Shown one piece after another: positions 38,793-46,508 of a DNA stretch of 64,000 bases. The translations under genes were made by a program, and so were the position numbers. Position 1 is the first letter of the stretch; each line of letters opens with the position of its first letter. Source of the stretch: an uncultured delta proteobacterium (GTDB lineage Bacteria > Desulfobacterota > Syntrophia > Syntrophales > UBA2192); NCBI GenBank assembly GCA_963802225.1, contig CAWDHZ010000031.1:251671-315670 (forward strand), written 5' to 3'. The notes beneath the pieces were generated by a model, which was not told where the DNA came from, did not search any database, and was given only the letters and a program-made list of their open reading frames with translations.

Positions 38793-38899
38793 AGGGACGA
38801 GGGACCAGGGACCAGGGACAGAATAAAAAGGCCCTTGCCGTTTTCGGCGAGGGCCTTTTCCATTCTTGACTTGTCCCTACCCCCTACACCCCGGTCCCT
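38793..38899. repeat. 7-nt phased array (AGGGACN x4) plus approximate reverse-complement arm, nested around a terminator
   Basis: Left arm 38793-38820 is agggacg agggacc agggacc agggaca. Right arm 38872-38899 is tgtccctaccccctacaccccggtccct (20 of 28 complementary). Confidence 0.6.
38825..38859. terminator. bidirectional Rho-independent terminator
   Basis: AAAAA-GGCCCTTGCCG-tttt-CGGCGAGGGCC-TTTT between convergent genes. Confidence 0.85.
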
Positions 38900-38902
38900 T
38901 CT

Positions 38903-39304
38903 TCAGTGCGTTTGCTTGATATTCGTCCGGGCCCATGCGATGAGTTCCTGGATGGTCGTGCCCGTGGGGAAGAACTGGACGATGCCGACCTCCTTGAGAC
39001 GGGGGATGTCTTCATAGCTGAGAAACCCGCCCGCCGTCACCCCGATGTCCTGGGCGCCTGCCTTGGCAAGCAGTTCCATGACCTTCCGGATGTCGTCGAT
39101 GTTCGCGCCGGGAAGTGTCGTGATCCCGATGTGGTCCACGTCCTCCTGGATGGCGGACGTCACGATGGCCTCCGGCGTCTGGGTTTCCGTGTAGATGATC
39201 TCGAACCCCGACTCCCGAAAGGCCAGGGCCAGCTTCACCACGGATTTCTCGAACCCCTCGCCGAACTTGGCCATGAGTATCCTGACCCTTTTCTCGTCCT
39301 GCAT
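38903..39304 (-). CDS. stand-alone B12-binding-domain protein (methylmalonyl-CoA mutase small-subunit type), degenerate ligand motif
   Basis: 133 aa, co-linear with MCM C-terminal domains (TPEAIVTSAIQEDVDHIGITTL...GGF...DIPRLKEVGI). GEGFEKS sits where DxHxxG is expected. Confidence 0.8.
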   Translation of the reverse strand: MQDEKRVRILMAKFGEGFEKSVVKLALAFRESGFEIIYTETQTPEAIVTSAIQEDVDHIGITTLPGANIDDIRKVMELLAKAGAQDIGVTAGGFLSYEDIPRLKEVGIVQFFPTGTTIQELIAWARTNIKQTH

Positions 39305-39358
39305 CTGTTCCCCTCCACTTGGATCCTGGGCTGAAGTTATGGTGGGCCGATTGATGTT

Positions 39359-39387
39359 CTTATAGAAAACCGCCGGGGGGGTGTCAA
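39359..39387 (-). promoter_or_regulatory. candidate sigma70 promoter TTGACA-N17-TATAAG (minus strand)
   Basis: Consensus -35 and near-consensus -10, about 55 nt upstream of the B12-domain gene ATG. Confidence 0.5.
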
Positions 39388-39513
39388 GGGAAAACGAGAC
39401 GCCGCTAAGCCCGGCCGCCGAGGCAAGAAAGCTTGACTTTTTCGTTTGTTCTGGCTTATTGACTCATTTTACCCTTGGGCCGAATCCGCGCCCAGCACCC
39501 AAATTGCATGCCT

Positions 39514-39600
39514 TCTCCCCGGGGAGACGAGCTTTCAGTCGCCGACATCTCCCGGGGGACGCAAGGGTCGATCGCAACAGCTGAAGACCTTGCGGGGGTG
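39514..39600 (+). promoter_or_regulatory. structured 5' leader with alternating C-rich/G-rich segments ending in the SD
   Basis: TCTCCCCGGGGAGA (39514-27), TCTCCCGGGGGA (39548-59), and SD GGGGGTG (39594-600). The segments can pair in mutually exclusive ways. Confidence 0.3.
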
Positions 39601-39606
39601 ACCATC

Positions 39607-40824
39607 ATGATCACGGACAGCATCTATCTGAGCGAATTGCTGGCACGTCCCGTCCTGGACAAGAAGGGGGATGCCATCGGAAAGATCCGGGACCTCAACG
39701 TGGTTCCCGGCGACCCCTTCCCTTGCGTGGAGGGCCTCTACATCAGGACCCCCGGCGGGACGGCCTACGTTTCGATGAAGGAGATCAACGTCCTCAACAA
39801 GAGGGTCGTCACGATCCGGGGGGATGCCGCCTCCATCGTCTATACGGAGCCCCGCGAGAAGGAGATCCTGATCGCGAAGCACATCATGGACAAACAGATC
39901 GTCGATGTGAACGGCGTCAAGGTCGTGCGGGTCAACGACGTGCAGCTCGGCCAGGTCAACGACCACTTCGGGATGCTCGCCATCGACGTGGGCTTCGGGG
40001 GGCTCATCCGGAGGCTGGGCTTCGGGAAGGCAAGAAAGGGGACCCTCATCCCCTGGCGGTATGTGACCACGCTCGAGCCGGGCCTGGACCGGCTCACGCT
40101 GACGATGACCCGGAAGAGCCTCGCCGAGATGCACCCCGTCGACATGGCGGAGATCCTCTCGCAGGTCTCGATGCAGGAGAGGACGGCCCTGCTCAGCTCG
40201 CTGGACGAGGAGACGGCGGGCGATGTCATCGGCGAGCTCGACGAGGAGACGGCGGCCAAGATCATCAACGAGATGGAACCGGAAAAGGCCGCCGACGTCC
40301 TCGAGCAGATGGATCCCGACGAGGCGGCAGACGTCCTGGGCGACCTGCCCGAGAAGAAGGCCGTGGAACTGCTCAGCCGCATGGACAAGGAGGAGGCCGA
40401 GGAGGTCCGGGAACTCCTCGAGCACGACGAGGACACGGCGGGCGGCCTCATGACGACGGACTACATCTGCTTCCCGCCCGACATGACGGCCGAAGAGGTC
40501 ATGAAGGAGCTGCGGCTCCTGGCGCCCGACATCGAGATGATCTACTACCTCTACGTGGTGGACAAGGAAGAGCATCTGCACGGTGTGCTTTCGCTCAAGG
40601 ACCTGATCCTGGCCTCGCCCGGGGCGCCGCTGGGGAGCATCATGAAAACAAACCCGAAGAGGGTCCTCGCAACGGAAGACAAGAAAGAGGTGGCCGAGAT
40701 GGTCTCGCGCTACAACCTCTACGCCATCCCCGTCGTGGACGAAGAAGATCACATCCTCGGCATCATCACCGTCGACGACGTGGTGGACATGCTCCTGCCC
40801 ACACCGCTCAGAAGGAAACGCTAG
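39607..40824 (+). CDS. soluble PRC-barrel + MgtE_N + CBS-pair protein (MgtE cytosolic module without pore domain)
   Basis: N-terminal LLARPVLDKKGDAIGKIRDL (PRC-like). Acidic helical MgtE_N repeats (EMEPEKAADVLEQMDPDEAADVLGDL...). Two CBS motifs. Stops where the MgtE TM domain would begin. Confidence 0.85.
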   Translation: MITDSIYLSELLARPVLDKKGDAIGKIRDLNVVPGDPFPCVEGLYIRTPGGTAYVSMKEINVLNKRVVTIRGDAASIVYTEPREKEILIAKHIMDKQIVDVNGVKVVRVNDVQLGQVNDHFGMLAIDVGFGGLIRRLGFGKARKGTLIPWRYVTTLEPGLDRLTLTMTRKSLAEMHPVDMAEILSQVSMQERTALLSSLDEETAGDVIGELDEETAAKIINEMEPEKAADVLEQMDPDEAADVLGDLPEKKAVELLSRMDKEEAEEVRELLEHDEDTAGGLMTTDYICFPPDMTAEEVMKELRLLAPDIEMIYYLYVVDKEEHLHGVLSLKDLILASPGAPLGSIMKTNPKRVLATEDKKEVAEMVSRYNLYAIPVVDEEDHILGIITVDDVVDMLLPTPLRRKR

Positions 40825-40827
40825 GTC

Positions 40828-42084
40828 ATGCTCGATCGACTGCGCAACATCGACCGGAAGAGCCTGCTGTTCTTCCTCAGCATGATTGGTCCCGGGTTCA
40901 TCACGGCCAATGTGGACAACGACGCCGCGGGCATCACCACCTACTCGGTGGCGGGCTCCCACTACGGCTATGCCCTCCTGTGGTCCTTCATCCCGATGCT
41001 CGCGCTGCTCATCATCGTGCAGGAGATGGTGGCCCGCCTCGGCGTCGTGACGGGCAAGGGCCTTTCGGATCTCATCCGCGAGGAGTACGGCGTGAAGACG
41101 ACAGTCTTCGTCATGTTCGCCCTGCTGATCACAAACCTGGGAACCTGCGCGGCCGAATTCGCGGGCCTGGCGGCGAGCCTCGAGATTTTCGGGATCAGCC
41201 GCTACTTTTCGGTGCCGGTGGCTTGCGGGGTGATCTGGCTTCTCGTGGTGAAGGGGAACTACAAGATGGTCGAGAGGGTCTTTCTCGGTGCCTGCATCAT
41301 CTACCTCTCTTACATCATCTCGGGGTTCATGGCGAAGCCCGACTGGGGCGAGGTGGCGCGACACACGGTCATCCCGACCTTCCATATGGATACGGCCTTC
41401 GTGGGTCTTCTCGTCGGGATGGTCGGGACGACGATCTCGCCCTGGATGCAGTTCTACCAGCAGGCCTCCATCGTGGAGAAAAATGTCCGCATCGAGGACT
41501 ACCGGTTCGTTCGCTGGGATGTGATCCTGGGGTGCATCATGGCCTCGACGGTGGCTTTTTTCATCGTCATGGCCTGCGGCGCCACGCTTTTCAAGAGCGG
41601 CATCGTCATCAACACGGCCGAGGACGCTGCCCTGGCCCTGACGCCGCTGGCCGGCGAGTTTGCAAAACTCCTTTTCGCCGTGGGTCTTGTCAACGCCTCG
41701 CTCTTTGCGGCGACGATCCTGCCGCTCTCCACCACCTACACGATCTGCGAGGGGATGGGCTGGGAATCGGGCGTCAACAAGGAATTCAGTGAGGCGCCGC
41801 AGTTCATGGGGCTCTACACGGGCCTGATCCTCTTCAGCGGCGGGCTCATCCTCATTCCCGGTGCCCCCCTCATCAAGATCATGCTCGTCTCGCAGGTCGT
41901 CAACGGGGTCCTGCTGCCTTTCGTCCTCATCTTCATCCTGCTTCTCATCAACAAGAAGGACCTCATGGGCACCTATGTGAACGGCCGCCTCAACAACTGG
42001 ATCTCCTGGACCTCGGTCGCCGTCCTCATCGGCCTGAGCATCGCCCTGATCGCTCTGGCCTTCCAGCAGATGATCGCGGGCTGA
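40828..42084 (+). CDS. Nramp-fold (SLC11-related) transporter with non-canonical metal-site motifs
   Basis: 418 aa, polytopic. By manual alignment to MntH, TM1 reads DAAG (canonical DPGN) and TM6 reads ISPW (canonical VMPH). Starts 3 nt after the upstream stop. Confidence 0.85.
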   Translation: MLDRLRNIDRKSLLFFLSMIGPGFITANVDNDAAGITTYSVAGSHYGYALLWSFIPMLALLIIVQEMVARLGVVTGKGLSDLIREEYGVKTTVFVMFALLITNLGTCAAEFAGLAASLEIFGISRYFSVPVACGVIWLLVVKGNYKMVERVFLGACIIYLSYIISGFMAKPDWGEVARHTVIPTFHMDTAFVGLLVGMVGTTISPWMQFYQQASIVEKNVRIEDYRFVRWDVILGCIMASTVAFFIVMACGATLFKSGIVINTAEDAALALTPLAGEFAKLLFAVGLVNASLFAATILPLSTTYTICEGMGWESGVNKEFSEAPQFMGLYTGLILFSGGLILIPGAPLIKIMLVSQVVNGVLLPFVLIFILLLINKKDLMGTYVNGRLNNWISWTSVAVLIGLSIALIALAFQQMIAG

Positions 42085-42100
42085 ATTGCCGCAAGGCGGC

Positions 42101-42223
42101 AGCCGACAGCCGACAGCCGACAGCCAACAGCCAACAGCCAACAGCCAACAGCCAACAGCCAACAGATCCTTCCTTCCCGCTCCATGCTTTTTACTGTCGG
42201 CTGTAGACTGTAGGCTGTCGGCT
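42101..42223. repeat. perfect heptanucleotide tandem array plus inverted partner
   Basis: AGCCGAC x3 then AGCCAAC x6 (42101-42163). At 42195-42223, tgtcggctgtagactgtaggctgtcggct is 25 of 29 complementary to the start of the array. Confidence 0.95.
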
Positions 42224-42292
42224 CATCGCGGCGGCTTCCTGCCGCGATAAGCATAGGGGCTTCCCAAATCCTCACTGCTGGGCTAGAATGGC

Positions 42293-43231
42293 GTGATGGA
42301 ACGGGAAAAGAAGCTTCTCCTCATCCTTGCCTTCACCCTCACCCTCATGGTCCTGGAGATCGTGGGTGGGATCATCAGCAACAGCCTTGCCCTCCTCAGC
42401 GATGCCGGGCACATGCTGACGGACTCGCTTGCCGTCTTTCTGAGCTATCTCGCCATCCACTGGAGCCGCAGGCCCGCCGATCATCGCAGGACTTTCGGTT
42501 ATCACCGTGCAGAGATCCTCGTCGCACTGGCTAACGGTGTGGCGCTCCTGCTTATCGCAGGGTACATCTTCTACGAGGCGGTCCTGCGGTTCTTTCAGCC
42601 GCAGGAGATCAAAGCAGGCATCCTCCTGGCCATAGCGACCATCGGCCTGGCGGGCAATCTCTTCGGGCTTTTCATCCTGAAAGGGGAGAGCCATGACAAC
42701 CTGAATGTCCGGAGCGCCTTCTTTCACATCCTGGCCGACACGCTCTCTTCCGTGGGGGTCATCGTCGGCGGCGCCATCATCTGGTTGACCGGCTGGTACG
42801 TCGTCGACTCCCTCATCGGTATGCTCATCGGCGGCATCGTGCTCAGGGGGGCAATCGATCTCGTCATGGAGTCGGGGGAGATCCTGCTGGAGGCAACGCC
42901 TCGCGACATCAACATCGCGCAGCTGCGACAGGAGGTGGCGAAAATTCCCGGCGTGGAGGATCTGCACGACATCCACATCTGGACGATCGGCTCGGGGCGC
43001 AGGGCCCTGAGCGCTCACGTCCTCACGGACAACATCACGACGCGCGAAAGCCAGGAAATCGCCTGCCTCATCCGCGACGTTCTGGGCGAGAAATACAACA
43101 TCACCCACACGACCCTCGAGATGGAGTGCGAGACCTGCGGCGACGCGTGCCGGTTCATCCTGACGGAGAAAGATCTGGACAACTCCAGCGTGAGGAATGC
43201 AAATCGGGGATCGAGGCATGAACACGGGTGA
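42293..43231 (+). CDS. cation diffusion facilitator (CzcD/ZitB-like) efflux transporter
   Basis: SDAGHMLTD and HxxxD-type motifs, six TM helices, and a C-terminal cytoplasmic domain. GTG 42293 or ATG 42296. Confidence 0.9.
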   Translation: MMEREKKLLLILAFTLTLMVLEIVGGIISNSLALLSDAGHMLTDSLAVFLSYLAIHWSRRPADHRRTFGYHRAEILVALANGVALLLIAGYIFYEAVLRFFQPQEIKAGILLAIATIGLAGNLFGLFILKGESHDNLNVRSAFFHILADTLSSVGVIVGGAIIWLTGWYVVDSLIGMLIGGIVLRGAIDLVMESGEILLEATPRDINIAQLRQEVAKIPGVEDLHDIHIWTIGSGRRALSAHVLTDNITTRESQEIACLIRDVLGEKYNITHTTLEMECETCGDACRFILTEKDLDNSSVRNANRGSRHEHG

Positions 43232-43296
43232 GGAAGGCCCGGGGAACCCTTTGCCAGGTGAGCGTCTTCCATGCGATAACGAAGAAGGAGTGAAAG

Positions 43297-43620
43297 ATGA
43301 GCCGCCGTATTCTTCAGGGTATCATTGCCACGGTTCTGATGAACCTGGCTATTTCGGCCGGTCCGTCGGGCCCGCTCGACGGGATTGCCCGGGCGGCGGG
43401 GGACAAGGAATATCTTGCCATCCGGCACATGGCACGCGGGCACACCTGTGAAACCTGCCACAAGGAAAACCCGCCGAAGACGAAAACGAGCCACGTGGCC
43501 TGCATGGGGTGTCACGGCGATGCGAAGAAAATGGCGGAACGGTCAAAAGACAAGAGCCCCAACCCCCATGCCTACGCACCAGACATGGTGTGCACCAAAT
43601 GCCACTACGGCCACAAATGA
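43297..43620 (+). CDS. small periplasmic triheme c-type cytochrome (c7/c3-like)
   Basis: Signal peptide plus three CxxCH motifs (CETCH, CMGCH, CTKCH) in 107 aa. Confidence 0.8.
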   Translation: MSRRILQGIIATVLMNLAISAGPSGPLDGIARAAGDKEYLAIRHMARGHTCETCHKENPPKTKTSHVACMGCHGDAKKMAERSKDKSPNPHAYAPDMVCTKCHYGHK

Positions 43621-43809
43621 TTCACTGCCTCGCCGCGGTCATGCTGCACAGACAAGCTCCCCGCATTTGCCGAGGGACTCGGCGTCGCCCACGAAGACAT
43701 GCCGCATGTCCTTCCGGATGTTCCTGATGAGCCCGGAGCGGACCCGCTTGGGTCCCACTTCGACGATGGTCAAAAAACGGGAATCACGTCTCCTTCAGGG
43801 CCTTGACGC

Positions 43810-44049
43810 TCATTCGATCTGTTTCTCCGTCCAGAACTCGTACTGCTCGCCCCGGTCGTTGACGAGGATCGATGTCACGTCGCCGAATTTGAGTGAAACG
43901 CGCTTGCCCTCGAATTCGTAACCCCAGGGGCACCAGCCCTTCTTGGCGTCGAGGAGCCACTTTTCGCCGCTTGCGCGCTCGACGATCAGCTCCCCCGTGT
44001 GCAGGTCTTCGACCAGGAGGGCTTCCTCCAGGGCCTGTTCATTTTCCAT
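43810..44049 (-). CDS. hypothetical protein (79 aa)
   Basis: Clean ORF. No family recognised. Confidence 0.5.
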   Translation of the reverse strand: MENEQALEEALLVEDLHTGELIVERASGEKWLLDAKKGWCPWGYEFEGKRVSLKFGDVTSILVNDRGEQYEFWTEKQIE

Positions 44050-44124
44050 CGGTGGATTCCCCGTATTTATTTCCGTTGACGGGACGGCTCCCTTCCGTTA
44101 AACGAAAAAAAGGAGGTGGTCAAG

Positions 44125-44280
44125 ATGAAACCCGATGACAAGAAGATCTGCGACAGGTGCATTTTCCACAGCCCCCGGACCGAATCGGAGCTGGAGAAGT
44201 GCTGGCGCTTCGCCCGCTTTGTCGAGCACGTTGTCAATGACTGGACGCGGGACTGCGAGTACTTTACACCCGCAGCATAA
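44125..44280 (+). CDS. candidate Cys-rich small protein (51 aa) MKPDDKKICDRCIFHSPRTESELEKCWRFARFVEHVVNDWTRDCEYFTPAA
   Basis: Not in the ORF track because it is under 60 aa. AGGAGGTG lies 6 nt upstream of the ATG. Four Cys including CxxC. Confidence 0.45.
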   Translation: MKPDDKKICDRCIFHSPRTESELEKCWRFARFVEHVVNDWTRDCEYFTPAA

Positions 44281-44298
44281 TGAAGAAGTGACACTTCA

Positions 44299-45753
44299 TC
44301 ACTTCTGCACTTCACATGCCCGTCCCCTCAGGTTGAAGAAGAGCTTGAGCCCTTTTTTGACGGGCTCCGAGAAGATCTTCGTGGACAAAAACGTCCCGGC
44401 CACCTTCTTGTTGATTTCCCCCAGCGTGGGGTAGGGGTGCACGGCCGAAGCCAGTGTGGAGAGACCGGTTTTACCGTTGAACACGGCGACCCACTCCGCG
44501 ATAAGATCCCCCGCCCTCGGGCCCAGGATCTGCACGCCGATGGGCTTCTCTTTTTCGTCAAGGATCATCTTGATCTTCCCCGTCGCCTCCCCTTCGGCAA
44601 GACTGCGGTCGTTGTCGCGGAAGTCCTCGGCCCAGACGCTGCACTTGATCCCTGCGTCCTGCGCCGCCTTTTCATTCATGCCGATGCTTGCCAGCTCCGG
44701 GTCCGTGTAGGTGCACCAGGGCATGTACGTGTAGTCCACTTTGCGGGGGAGATGGAACACGGCGTTCGTCACGACGACGCCGCCTTCGTATCCCGCCGCG
44801 TGAGTGAACGGGTAGCCGCCCGTCACATCCCCTGCGCCGTAGATGTGCTTCTGCGTGGTCCTGAGCCGTTCATCGAGCTTGAGGCCCCGGCCGTCGAACT
44901 CGACCCCGATGCCTTCCAGGCCCATACCCTTCAGGTTGGCTTCCCTTCCCGCGGCTACCAGGATCGCCTCCGCGCTCAGGGCCTCTGTCGTGTCGCCGAT
45001 CCTGATCATGACCTCCTGTTCCGCCCCGATCTTCACCACTCTTAGAATCGATGCCTTGAGCCGGAAACGGACCCCTTCGGCCTGGAGCACACCCATGACC
45101 ATCTCGGCCATGTCCTTGTCCTCCTTGGGCAGGATGGCGGCCCCCATCTCGACGATCGTCACGGTTGTCCCGAGCCGGTTGAAAGCCTGGCCCATCTCGA
45201 TGCCGATAGGCCCGCCGCCGATGATGATCATCGATTTCGGCAGGCGGTCGAGGGTGAAGATATCCCGGTTGGTCATGCAGCCGGTCTTTTCGAGGCCCGC
45301 GATGGGCGGGATGACCGGGGAGGAGCCCGATGCGATGACCCAGGTCTTTGCAGTATACGGGATTCCATCGAGGCTCACGCTGTGCTCGTCGACGAAAACG
45401 GGGCTTCCGAATTCCACGCGGGCGCCGAGGCCGCAGAAGCGCTCCGCCGAGTCGTGCTTCTGGATCGTGCCGATGACGGAGCGGATCCGCCCGACGATTT
45501 TTGCGAAGTCGATGGGCTTCACATCCATCTCGGGCAGACCGTAGGCTTTCGCGTTCTTCATCTGGTGATAGACCTGGGCCGTCTTGATCAGGGTCTTGCT
45601 GGGCACGCACCCGAAGTGGAGGCAGTCCCCGCCGAGCACCTTTTCCTTTTCGACGAGAAGGGTCTTTGCGCCGAGTTGTGATGCGCCGGCCGCGATCGTG
45701 AGCCCCGCCGACCCCCCGCCGATGATGCCGATATCGAAATCGTACGTTGCCAT
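44299..45753 (-). CDS. FAD-dependent pyridine nucleotide-disulfide oxidoreductase (dihydrolipoyl dehydrogenase/MerA-like)
   Basis: GGGSAG dinucleotide fold, redox-active GGDCLHFGCVPSK, and a C-terminal dimerisation domain. Confidence 0.9.
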   Translation of the reverse strand: MATYDFDIGIIGGGSAGLTIAAGASQLGAKTLLVEKEKVLGGDCLHFGCVPSKTLIKTAQVYHQMKNAKAYGLPEMDVKPIDFAKIVGRIRSVIGTIQKHDSAERFCGLGARVEFGSPVFVDEHSVSLDGIPYTAKTWVIASGSSPVIPPIAGLEKTGCMTNRDIFTLDRLPKSMIIIGGGPIGIEMGQAFNRLGTTVTIVEMGAAILPKEDKDMAEMVMGVLQAEGVRFRLKASILRVVKIGAEQEVMIRIGDTTEALSAEAILVAAGREANLKGMGLEGIGVEFDGRGLKLDERLRTTQKHIYGAGDVTGGYPFTHAAGYEGGVVVTNAVFHLPRKVDYTYMPWCTYTDPELASIGMNEKAAQDAGIKCSVWAEDFRDNDRSLAEGEATGKIKMILDEKEKPIGVQILGPRAGDLIAEWVAVFNGKTGLSTLASAVHPYPTLGEINKKVAGTFLSTKIFSEPVKKGLKLFFNLRGRACEVQK

Positions 45754-45794
45754 ACAAAGGTCCTTTCTTTCTCGATCCTCGTTTCTCGCGCCTT

Positions 45795-46508
45795 TCAGCG
45801 GTAGATCTCTATAAACCCCACGTAGGAGACGGAGGCCTCTTTGGTGTTGTCCGAATCGTTCATGATCCCGAGGGTGGCCATGGCAGGCGGCTCCGTCCCG
45901 AAGGCCCTTCGGTAGTCGTCGAGGATGTCGCGCTCCTCCACAATCCAGCGGCCGAGGTTTTTCTTTCCCTTCTGCAGGACAATCATCTTGGCATTCGATG
46001 TGTAGCTGCTCGTGATGATGTCACTCTCGTCCTCGCGGCTCGTCCAGATGTAATTCAGGGCGCTGTGGGGCGGGTATTCGCCGTAGAGCGCCTTGGCCAG
46101 CCCATATTTTGCCTTGTCGTACGTGCCTGCCTTTTCCGGGTCGTACTCAAAAAGGACGTAGATCCTCAGGGGATAATCGTCGCCTTCCTTCGTCCGGGCA
46201 TTGCCCTTGTCGTAGACGTTTTCGACCTTCCATTTCCAGCGTAGCCGGGGGTAGTCGTAAACGCTGAAAGGGCTCCGGTAGACGATGGCCGAGGCCGAGG
46301 CTCGGCTTTCCGCCCGCAGCACGGACTCGCGCCCCTGGTACTCGACGCTGTACTGCGTGTGCTCCTTGATCTTCGGGAACGTGACGGGCCGCCATTTGGC
46401 GAGGTCATTGAATTCCTCCCGCAGCAATACGCCGCTCTGCGCCGCCGCCAGGGCCGGCAGAAGGAGGATGACAAGAAACAGGAACATCGTCTTTGCCGTG
46501 CGGGTCAT
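45795..46508 (-). CDS. DUF3047-family secreted protein
   Basis: Signal peptide. LLREEFNDLAKWRPVTFPKI...YPRLRWKWKVENV resembles DUF3047. ATGA overlap with the pgl stop. Confidence 0.75.
   Translation of the reverse strand: MTRTAKTMFLFLVILLLPALAAAQSGVLLREEFNDLAKWRPVTFPKIKEHTQYSVEYQGRESVLRAESRASASAIVYRSPFSVYDYPRLRWKWKVENVYDKGNARTKEGDDYPLRIYVLFEYDPEKAGTYDKAKYGLAKALYGEYPPHSALNYIWTSREDESDIITSSYTSNAKMIVLQKGKKNLGRWIVEERDILDDYRRAFGTEPPAMATLGIMNDSDNTKEASVSYVGFIEIYR

Noticed and set aside
39322-39430. M-box-like strings (GTTATGGTGGGCC ... CGCTAAGCCCGGC) upstream of the MgtE_N gene.
   Set aside because: The segment is too short, I could not form a P1 helix, and it overlaps the promoter and leader of the divergent B12-domain gene. 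A covariance-model search is needed before any claim.
39535-42162. 875-aa minus-strand ORF. Similar long ORFs are at 13979-14962(-), 15101-16819(-), 29033-30373(+), 34813-36267(+), 42272-43225(-), 50943-53555(+) and 61163-62068(-).
   Set aside because: Each lies antisense to a gene with clear family motifs. Their translations are Arg/Gly/Pro/Asp-rich low-complexity sequence, typical of shadow ORFs in G+C-rich DNA.
42101-42165. Tandem array as a CRISPR or minisatellite-encoded peptide.
   Set aside because: The period is 7 nt with no spacers, so it is not a CRISPR. The overlapping ORFs (e.g. 41973-42275) are repeat-driven artefacts.
43621-43809. Minus-strand open frame ...IVEVGPKRVRSGLIRNIRKDMRHVFVGDAESLGKCGELVCAA* downstream of the 79-aa gene.
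   Set aside because: It reads protein-like, but it has no ATG/GTG start (only a TTG, 15 nt from the SD-like GGAGA). It could be a remnant. Not supportable as a gene.
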